Assembly (NCBI GenBank): GCA_034189305.1
Contig: JAXHUS010000343.1
Location: forward strand, 1 to 29,715
Source of the DNA: Thermodesulfobacteriota bacterium
Lineage (GTDB): Bacteria > Desulfobacterota > WTBG01 > JAXHUS01
Reading direction: 5' to 3'
DNA length: 29,715 nt
In this document: positions 9,948 to 18,500 of the stretch, piece after piece
Position numbering within the stretch: position 1 is the stretch's first letter
How the letters are laid out: every line of letters begins with the position of its first letter
The notes under the pieces: model-generated
Databases searched by the model: none
What the model saw: only the letters and a program-made list of their open reading frames with translations
Told to the model about the DNA's origin: nothing
Made by a program: the position numbers and the translations under genes

Positions 9948-11135
9948 ATGATTAAACCGTTTGGGTCGGATAAGTTAAACCCATTATATGTTCAGGATGA
10001 TTCGAAACGCGAGTCTTTGATCAAAGAAGCTGCAAATTTACCTTCAGTTGTGGTATCTTCCGCTGCGGCCGGAAATGCCGTCATGTTGGCGTCCGGCTAT
10101 TTTAACCCCCTTACAGGGTATATGAACGTGGCCGATGCAAAAAGTGTTGCTGAAAAAATGCAAACAACTTCAGGCCTGTTCTGGCCTACACCTATTATGA
10201 ACGTAATAAAAGATGCTTCTGCCATCAAAGGTGCAAAACGTATAGCACTTCTTGATCCCAATGTTGCAGGTAATCCGGTACTGGCTATTCAGGATGTTGA
10301 GGCAATCGAAGAAATGAGCGAAAATGATATGAAGTTGATAACAGAGAAAGTTTTTCGCACTCTGGATATGAATCATCCTGGAGTTGCGGCTTTCAATTCC
10401 GTAGGGAATATAGCCGTTTCAGGTCCTATTCAGGTTTTAAACTACTCTTATTTTATTACCGACTTCCCTGGAACATTTCGTACCGCCACTCAGCTCAGGG
10501 ATATAATTGCCAAAAGGGGTTGGAATGAAGTAGTTGCGTTTCAGACCCGAAATCCAATGCACAGGGCACATGAAGAACTTGTTAAAATGGCAATGAAAGC
10601 TAACAATGCAGATGGTGCTATAATTCATATGTTGCTTGGTAAACTTAAGAAAGGCGATATTCCTGCCGATGTTCGGGATGGTTGTATCCGTAAGATGGTT
10701 GAACTATATTTTGAGCCTAACTCAGTTGAAATAGCTGGTTACGGGTTTGATATGTTATATGCAGGTCCTCGTGAGGCAGTATTACATTCCATCTTCCGGC
10801 AGAATATGGGCGCTACTGTCCTGATAGTCGGTCGTGACCATGCTGGTGTAGGTGACTATTACGGTGGTTTTGATGCTCAGGTGATATTTGATGAGGTTCC
10901 GGAAGGAGCGCTTCAAATTAAAATTTTCAAAGGAGACCATACAGTATGGTGCAAAAAGTGTAATCAAGTGGTTATGATGCGCGATTGTCCCCATGGCAAA
11001 GATGACTATATAATGCTTTCCGGCACCAAAGTTCGTGCAATGTTAGCCGCCGGTGAAGCCCTGCCTACAGAATTTGCACGTCCTGAAGTAGCTGCCATTT
11101 TAATGGATTACTATAAAAAGGAAGCTGCAAATTAG
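9948..11135 (+). CDS. sat: Sulfate adenylyltransferase (ATP sulfurylase)
   Basis: Motifs VVAFQTRNPMHRAHE, LYAGPREAVLH, GRDHAGVG, SGTKVR and RPEVA; metal-site motif C-x2-C-x8-C-x-H (CKKCNQVVMMRDCPH); strong AAGGAGG RBS. Confidence 0.96.
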   Translation: MIKPFGSDKLNPLYVQDDSKRESLIKEAANLPSVVVSSAAAGNAVMLASGYFNPLTGYMNVADAKSVAEKMQTTSGLFWPTPIMNVIKDASAIKGAKRIALLDPNVAGNPVLAIQDVEAIEEMSENDMKLITEKVFRTLDMNHPGVAAFNSVGNIAVSGPIQVLNYSYFITDFPGTFRTATQLRDIIAKRGWNEVVAFQTRNPMHRAHEELVKMAMKANNADGAIIHMLLGKLKKGDIPADVRDGCIRKMVELYFEPNSVEIAGYGFDMLYAGPREAVLHSIFRQNMGATVLIVGRDHAGVGDYYGGFDAQVIFDEVPEGALQIKIFKGDHTVWCKKCNQVVMMRDCPHGKDDYIMLSGTKVRAMLAAGEALPTEFARPEVAAILMDYYKKEAAN

Positions 11136-11167
11136 AACAATAGATATATTATACTAAAAAGTAATTA

Positions 11168-11204
11168 ATGCACTGAAAATGCAATTTAAGCATTCTCAGT
11201 GCAT
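11168..11204 (+). terminator. Stem-loop after sat (possible terminator or stabilising hairpin)
   Basis: ATGCACTGAAAATGC / GCATTCTCAGTGCAT: 15-bp stem with one mismatch and a 7-nt loop; no clear U-tract. Confidence 0.5.
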
Positions 11205-11602
11205 CCGGATCCGTCAAGCCTTAATAAGTAATTTACGCCGTAAAACTACCTTTTAAGTTTATAAATTTCTTCTTTTTTAATAACAGAGTTTCCTTAAAAA
11301 TTTTTATATAACTGCTCCAAGCCAATTTTCCCTCAGAAATAAAGGGCTCTGGCAAAACTCAGGAAACTCCTGTTTTAATGTTTTTAATATCTTTGCCAAT
11401 ATAACTTAAAAATGGTAATTTATTTTATAATAGTTTCCATGTATCGGTTGTAATATATACCTTTTTTAAAAGTCTTGAAAGGTCAGGCAATAATTGCCAA
11501 TGTTCAATAACCATTAAACGTTCAGACGTCAAACCTTTTTCTGAATCACGTCAACTGATTCTGGTATTAAGTTAAAAAAATTATTTAACAAAATTACAAG
11601 TA

Positions 11603-12649
11603 ATGAAAATATTAATTGTAAAACTCAGTTCCATTGGAGATGTTGTTCATACTTTACCTGTCCTCCCCGCAATCTTAAATAAATTGCCAAAAGCAAAAAT
11701 CGACTGGTTGATTGAGGATGAGGCAACGGAACTTGTCACAGACCATCCCCTTTTAAATAAGGTTATTATTTTTTATCGCAGGCATTGGATAAAAAATTTT
11801 TTCTTTGCAGATTTCTTTAAAACACTCAGGGAAGTTAAGGACTTTTTTCACTTTTTAAGGGAGGAAAAATATGACCTTATCATTGATTTTCAGGGACTTT
11901 TCAAAAGCGGAATTTTAACCTTTTTTGCAAAAGGGAAAAGAAAGCTGGGATACGATAAGACACGGGAATTGAGCCATATCTTTTTAAATGAAAAAATTCC
12001 TCCCTGTAATATAGAAAATCACGCTGTAAAAAGGTATTTGAATCTTCTAAAACCCTTAAATATAGGAATAACAAGCCCTGAATTCCCTCTTCCATGTCTA
12101 AATGGGGCTGCAATATGTGTAGATAAACTTTTTTCTGAAGCCGGAATCAACAAATTTAAACCTATAATATCCATAAGCCCTGCAAGCAAGTGGGAAAGCA
12201 AGACATGGGGTACTGAAAAGATTGCGGTTCTTTCTGACAGACTTATAAAATATGGAATGCAGGTAATTTATACCGGGAGTGAAAAAGATACTTTATTGGT
12301 TGAAGATATAATAAGTTTCATGAAGGAAAAACCGATCAATTTGTGTGGAAAAACATCGTTAAGGGAACTGATTGTTGTTTTTAAAAAGTCAAGACTGGTT
12401 TTAACTGTTGATTCAGGTCCAATGCATATTGCCGCCGCCGTACAGACTCCGTTGGTAGCATTATTCGGACCCACATCACCCGGGCGAACCGGGCCATACA
12501 GTCATAAAGCAACTGTAATTCAAAAAAATATATCCTGTAGCCCCTGTTTTAAAAAAAGATGCTCCCACAAGAGCTGTCTAAATGAAATTTCCGTGGAAGA
12601 AGTTTTTCAACAGATATCGGTTAAAATAGAAGAGGAGGAAAAAATATAA
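11603..12649 (+). CDS. waaC: GT9 LPS heptosyltransferase (WaaC-like)
   Basis: N-terminus MKILIVKLSSIGDVVHTLP, then DFQGLFKS, DSGPMHIAAA and LFGPT; typical GT9. The WaaC vs WaaF assignment is tentative. Confidence 0.8.
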   Translation: MKILIVKLSSIGDVVHTLPVLPAILNKLPKAKIDWLIEDEATELVTDHPLLNKVIIFYRRHWIKNFFFADFFKTLREVKDFFHFLREEKYDLIIDFQGLFKSGILTFFAKGKRKLGYDKTRELSHIFLNEKIPPCNIENHAVKRYLNLLKPLNIGITSPEFPLPCLNGAAICVDKLFSEAGINKFKPIISISPASKWESKTWGTEKIAVLSDRLIKYGMQVIYTGSEKDTLLVEDIISFMKEKPINLCGKTSLRELIVVFKKSRLVLTVDSGPMHIAAAVQTPLVALFGPTSPGRTGPYSHKATVIQKNISCSPCFKKRCSHKSCLNEISVEEVFQQISVKIEEEEKI

Positions 12650-12711
12650 GGTTTATTTGTATTTATCATGACTACAATTTATAATTCTTCATAATAATTC
12701 AGGAGGAAAGA

Positions 12712-12882
12712 ATGTCCATAAGCAAAGAATTATTAGATATTTTAGCCTGTCCCAAGTGCAAGGGGAGCATTTACTTAAACAAGGAAGCCAATGGTCTTAT
12801 ATGTGACCATTGTAAATTGCTCTATGAAATAAAAGACGATATCCCTATAATGCTTATTGATGAAGCAAAAAAAATTGACTAA
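12712..12882 (+). CDS. Trm112-like / YcaR (UPF0434) small zinc-finger protein, 56 aa
   Basis: Below the ORF-track cutoff. MSISKELLDILACPKCKG...LICDHCKLLYEIKDDIPIMLIDEA matches the family pattern; AGGAGG RBS. Confidence 0.9.
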   Translation: MSISKELLDILACPKCKGSIYLNKEANGLICDHCKLLYEIKDDIPIMLIDEAKKID

Positions 12883-12894
12883 AAGATATGCATA

Positions 12895-14409
12895 ATGGCA
12901 AAAATTCTTTTTATCTACCCCAATCTTAATACCCAGGTGGGTTTCAATTATGGCCTTGCGTATATTTCCGGCGTATTAAAAAAGGCGGGACATGAAACCA
13001 GACTATTAAATATTAATGAAGACCTGGGCTATCCTCTTGATTTTTCCCGGATAAAATCCGATATAATCTCTTTTTCTCCGGATTTAATCGGATTTTCCGC
13101 CCTCACCAACCAATTCAATTATATAGAAGAAATTGCCCGAAAGATAAAAGGAACTTTCAAAATTCCCATAATCTGCGGAGGCATCCATGCCACCATGGAC
13201 CCTGAGGGGGTTTTAAATACCGGTCTGTTTGACTATGTGTGTGTAGGAGAGGGTGAATATGCCCTCCTTGAACTACTGGAAAGTTTGAAAAAAGGCATTC
13301 CCTCATACAATATTCCCAACATCTGGTACAGGACAAAAGGGGAGATTATAAAAAATAAGGTACGTCCCTTTGTTGACCTTAACAGCCTGCCCTTTAAAGA
13401 CTATGAATTATTTGACTTTCAGAACATTATAAAGGCTAAAAACGGTTGGGTTGGCCTCATGACTTCAAGGGGCTGTCCATTTCGCTGCTCTTACTGTTTT
13501 AACCACCAGATGGTTAATATTTATAAAAAAGATCTGGGTATAAAGTCGGAATCAAAAGGGCTGAATTATATGCGCAGGCATCCTTTAAAGGAGATAATAT
13601 CCGAGATAAAATATTTAAAAGAGCATTATCAAGGTATCAAAACTTTTATTTTTGATGACGACCTCTTTACCTTAAATAAAGATTATATAATTAAATTTTG
13701 TGAGGCTTATGCCAATAATTTTGATATTCCTTTTGTAGTGAACGCCCATGTGAAAGTTTTTGACAGGGAAATTGCCGGCCATCTTAAAGAAGCGGGATGC
13801 CAGATAGTAAAGTTCGGCCTGGAAAGTGGAAGTGAAAGGCTTAGAAGAAAAATATTAAACAGGCAAATGACTAATAGGGAAATTTTAGAAGCATTTAACA
13901 ATGCCCATGAGTTTAACCTGCATTCATCAGCCTTTGTTATTATAGGTTTTCCTTACGAAGAGAGAAAAGATCTTTTAGCCACCATAAAACTACTGTCACA
14001 AATTAAGCCTGGAAGATTTCGCTGGTCAATCTTTTTCCCTTATATTAATACGGAAGCGTATAATATCAGTAAAAAAGGAGGATTTATTGATTTTAAAAAA
14101 ATGGAAAGTTTAAGTAACTTCACTGACTGGTCATGTCTTAAATTTTCTCCTTACCATGATCTGTTTATCAAAAAACTGAAAATGGCACTTCACTGGTATG
14201 TCAACGGCCTGTCGGATTTTCCGTCTTCATCCACTTATAAAAAATTGGTTGAAGAAATTGAGAATATGGATTTAGAAATGTGGGAAAGATTTTCAAAGGA
14301 CTTATTCATCAAAGATGAAAAAATCTCAAGTTCTCTACAAAAGGTAGGCAAAGAGCATTACGCTATTAAATATAATGATTTTATGGCTGTAAAGATTGAA
14401 AATAGTTAA
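12895..14409 (+). CDS. Cobalamin-dependent (B12-binding) radical SAM protein
   Basis: N-terminal B12-binding-like domain (GLAYI...PDLIGFS...GGIHAT...VCVGEGE), CxxxCxxC in RGCPFRCSYC, then FDDDLF and FGLESGS. Confidence 0.9.
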   Translation: MAKILFIYPNLNTQVGFNYGLAYISGVLKKAGHETRLLNINEDLGYPLDFSRIKSDIISFSPDLIGFSALTNQFNYIEEIARKIKGTFKIPIICGGIHATMDPEGVLNTGLFDYVCVGEGEYALLELLESLKKGIPSYNIPNIWYRTKGEIIKNKVRPFVDLNSLPFKDYELFDFQNIIKAKNGWVGLMTSRGCPFRCSYCFNHQMVNIYKKDLGIKSESKGLNYMRRHPLKEIISEIKYLKEHYQGIKTFIFDDDLFTLNKDYIIKFCEAYANNFDIPFVVNAHVKVFDREIAGHLKEAGCQIVKFGLESGSERLRRKILNRQMTNREILEAFNNAHEFNLHSSAFVIIGFPYEERKDLLATIKLLSQIKPGRFRWSIFFPYINTEAYNISKKGGFIDFKKMESLSNFTDWSCLKFSPYHDLFIKKLKMALHWYVNGLSDFPSSSTYKKLVEEIENMDLEMWERFSKDLFIKDEKISSSLQKVGKEHYAIKYNDFMAVKIENS

Positions 14410-15439
14410 TCCGCAAAAGATAATAATCCGTACCCCTAACTGGCTGGGAGACCTCATTATGGCAATTCCGGCCTTTAACGCAATAAAGCAAAAGTTTACC
14501 AGGGCAGAAATTACCCTTCTCATAAAAAAACCTTTAGTAAAAACTTTAAATAATAGTACTTTTTTTAACAACATCATAGAATTCGATCCTGAAAATCTTC
14601 ACAGGGGTGTGAAAGGCTTTATAAGACTGCTGGGAGAATTGCGCAAAGAAAATTTCGACCTTTGTATACTATTTCCAAAATCTTTCAGTTCTGCAATTAT
14701 TTTCTTTTTATCAGGCATAAATATTCGCTGGGGCTTTAACTGCAATGCCAGAGGTTTTATGCTTACCAATAAAATTCCGCTGCCCGACAAAATAATTCCA
14801 ATGGTTGATCTCTATCTGAATTTAGTGGAAGGATTAACAGGAGGATGTCAGGAAAAATCTTTTACTCTTTCTACCTCCCATGAGGAAAAAATGAGATTAG
14901 AAAATATCTTTTTTCAGCATAATATGAATAATCAAAAAATTATTTCAATAATACCAGGGGCTTCATTTGGTAGTTCAAAATGCTGGAAAGAAGAATATTT
15001 TTCACGACTTGCAGATTATTTAATAGGGGAATATAAGGCTCAAATTCTGATTTTACCAGGGCCCGGAGAAGAAGGGATCGCCAGGGAAATTGCAGGGAAA
15101 ATGGAAAATAATTGTGTAGTCATTGCAGATCCGCCATTACCCCTGGATATGCTTAAAGCAGCGATAGAAAAAAGCTGGCTTGTTATATCAAATGATACAG
15201 GGCCCAGGCATATTGCTGCCGCATTACAAAAGCCGGTAGTGGTAATAATAGGTTCTACCGACCCTGGATATACAGATTATGAATATGATAAAAAGCTTAT
15301 AATAAGAAAAGAGCTTGATTGCAGTCCCTGTCATCTTAAATCCTGTCCAAAAGAACATGATTGCATGAAACTTATTACCCCGGAAGAAGTTTTTTCCAGA
15401 ATAAAAGATTTTGTAGGTAAAAGAAGCATGGAAATGTAA
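14396..15439 (+). CDS. waaF: GT9 LPS heptosyltransferase II (WaaF-like)
   Basis: IIIRTPNWLGDLIMA, PGASFGSSKCW and SNDTGPRHIAAA; TTG start overlaps the radical SAM gene by 14 bp. Confidence 0.85.
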   Translation: MKIVNPQKIIIRTPNWLGDLIMAIPAFNAIKQKFTRAEITLLIKKPLVKTLNNSTFFNNIIEFDPENLHRGVKGFIRLLGELRKENFDLCILFPKSFSSAIIFFLSGINIRWGFNCNARGFMLTNKIPLPDKIIPMVDLYLNLVEGLTGGCQEKSFTLSTSHEEKMRLENIFFQHNMNNQKIISIIPGASFGSSKCWKEEYFSRLADYLIGEYKAQILILPGPGEEGIAREIAGKMENNCVVIADPPLPLDMLKAAIEKSWLVISNDTGPRHIAAALQKPVVVIIGSTDPGYTDYEYDKKLIIRKELDCSPCHLKSCPKEHDCMKLITPEEVFSRIKDFVGKRSMEM

Positions 15440-15541
15440 TAGGATGCTTAACCCAAGTTCATGAAAGAATAAGAGATAGTGTCTAAAATTTGCCGGATCA
15501 CAAAGGGGCAATTTCTTAAAATCAAGGTTTACATAATTAAT

Positions 15542-18500
15542 TTAACCCAGAATAATTTCCAGTTCATTGCGAGTAAGACGATTTTTTTCCATCAGCCTTT
15601 CTACAAGATGGTCTAAGGACTTGCGGTGCTTTCTAAGTTCATCAATAGCATAGATAAGTTGAGAGTTAATAATTTTCTCAACGGACTCTAAGACCTTAAT
15701 GGCCAATGGCCCGTCATTAAGATTTTTTGGGTTAATAGCCACCTGTCCGATACCTTTTTCCATGCCGTAATCCCTTACCATTAGCCCTGCATAATGGGTT
15801 GCCCTTTGAAGATCACCGGCAGCACCAGTGGTAAGTCCATCATCATCTCCGTAGTAAATGATCTCAGCAGCCCGTCCTCCCATAGACTGTCTAATTATAC
15901 CTTCAAGTTCTGACTTGCTATATATTATTCTATTTTCATCCGCCTCACGCTCTACAAAACCATCAGTTTTACCCCGGGCCACAATAGTGATTTGAACAGG
16001 CTTTTCACCACGTAGCCAGCCTATCAAACAATGCCCGGCCTCATGACGCGCCACCCGCAGTAAGGTCTGTGGGTCAGTTTCACCCTTCATTTCCCCCATG
16101 CGTATCTGTTCAAAGGCATCTTCCACGGTTTGATCCGTAATAACACCATTACCAAAGGAGGCCTTTCGTCCCGCCAGTTCCACAACACGCTCAAGTTCTG
16201 CTATGGTCATATTCGTCGACTGTCCTGCCATACGCTTAATTATCTCGTCGGATACATTCCGTCCCCTTTTCCCCTGAAGGCGATTTTTAAGATAATCAGC
16301 ACGTGCAGCCCGATCCGGTTTGTCAACTTCGATTTCACGGTCAAATCGCCGCCGCAGGGCATCATCGAGATGTTCGACCAGATTGGCGGCTGCAATTACA
16401 ATAACGGGCTTTTTCCCCCAGGCCTCGAAACCTTCCATTTCAGTGAGGATGGCATTAAGTGTTTCATCATATGCCCTGTTGCCGAATTCGCCTCGTTTTC
16501 TACCTATTGCATCGATTTCGTCAATAAAGAGAATAGTGGGGGCATACCGACGGGCCCTTATAAAAAGATTTCGGACATTTTCAGGCCCGCTTCCAACATA
16601 TTTGGTAACAAAATTAGTTGCTGCATCTACGATAAAAGTGGTATTACATTCACCGGCCAGTGCCCTGGCCAGCATAGTTTTACCCGTTCCGGGGTGGCCG
16701 TAAAGGAGGATCCCCCGGGGAGGTCGAAGGCCCATTGCACTGTATTGACGGGGATTCTTTAGCCAATTTACAATATATTTAAGTTCTAACTTGGCAGCAT
16801 CCGCTCCATATACATCAGCAAAGCCTATAGTTGGTCGTTCCACATCATGGAGTATCTCCAGGACATCATCGGCATCCATTGCCCTCGTAAGGCGGAAGTT
16901 TCGCAGGCGTACCGTAATGCTCCGATCCTGGTTTGAGACATATGGAGCGGTATCAAAAGTGAGGACTTTATGTTGTGAAGCCAGTTCACGTGCCTTGCGT
17001 TCCAGGAAAATACATTCGGCTGTTGTTATGAGGGATGTTATAAAGTCGTTCAGGCTGGCTTTCCACTTTTCTGTTTCCGAGGAGAGGAATGTAGTTTCTA
17101 TAACTCCCCTTGCACCACCTGAGTGTACACAGGTATGAAAAAGTTCATCATCAATACCCGGGCGAACCACATTTTTATTTCCGAATGTGAGGAGATAACA
17201 AGGGATTTCAGGATGCTTTTCATGAATCATACGAAGCAGTTCCTGTCCTTTTTTAATGACGTTGGCGGCTGCTGGAACATGGTCAAACTGGTATTGGGTT
17301 TCACCTGAGATGGAAGGCGTCACATCATCCTGGTCAGTCTGGCGGAACCAGAGATCCAGCAAAACAAAATCGATTTCTTCCTCTGATAGAATATTGAGGA
17401 CATCCGGAGTATCATTTGCAATTTTCCATTCCACTTCTGGTATGTGTTTGGACCAGAGTTCACTGAGGAATTCATCAGCTACGAGTACAACCTTTGGCTT
17501 TTCCTGTGGTTCCATAAAGGTTTTTATCTCCCCTGGTATAGTATCCAGCGAATCGAGAGCAAATATGATTCTATCAATATTTTCCATTATGGAATCAAAA
17601 CGTTCAGACTTAAAAAGTCTTGAAATTTGAAACATCTCCGATTTAACAAATGACTCTGCCTGAGAACGTATGGTACGTGCATCTGAAGCAGCACCTTCCC
17701 TGAGAACAATGCACATGGGTACAAGGGGACCAAATTCAATATCTTTATAATATTGCTTTTCCAGAAGACCGGCCATTCGTTTCATCTCTGTTGCAGCAAT
17801 CCGTTCTAATTCGTTAACTCCCAGGTGGTTGAACATCAGGGGATACCCTTCAGCCATACGGGAACAGATGGTTTGAGGGAAAAAAGGTTTTCCGGTACTT
17901 TGATCTTTCTCGTTCTCCAGGGCATTTAAAATCGTTTTTCGCTGGAAATTTGTATTGGCAATATGAACACCGGAGGCGTTTGGATCTTCGTACAGCTGCC
18001 TGCCAGCATTTGTTGTGAAAATTATAGTAGTATCACAAAAAGATATACTTTCCTCGGTGAATTGGTCCTCTAATACACCATGGTCAAGAATTTGCAGAAA
18101 AAGATGAATCACGTCCAGATGAGCTTTTTCAATTTCGTCAAATAAGAGGACAGCATTAGGGTGTTTATTGACGAAACCCGTGAGCCGGCCTGAATTAGCC
18201 CCCTGGTAACTGCGCTGCATGCCCGTTAAATAATGGACACTTACCTGGTGATCGGAGTAGCTGCTCATATCAAACCGCTGAAACGGACGTCCGAGAGCCT
18301 TAGCACCGCATTCGGCCAGATAAGTTTTTCCCACACCTGGGGGTCCGGAAAAAATAAAAACAGCCTTTGGCCTGTTTCGGTCCGTTTCTGCTGTTGCCAC
18401 TACTTCTGCACTAAAAAGACCATCTGCAAAAGCGTTAATGGCCTGATCCTGACCAAAAATGTTGTTCTGAAGCCGGGAGCGAAGTTCTTTTAAAGTATGA

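Noticed and set aside
11282-11374. Imperfect long-range inverted repeat AACAGAGTTTCCT / AGGAAACTCCTGTT
   Set aside because: Bulged 13-bp arms in AT-rich DNA, with no second copy or recognisable RNA family; it could be chance.
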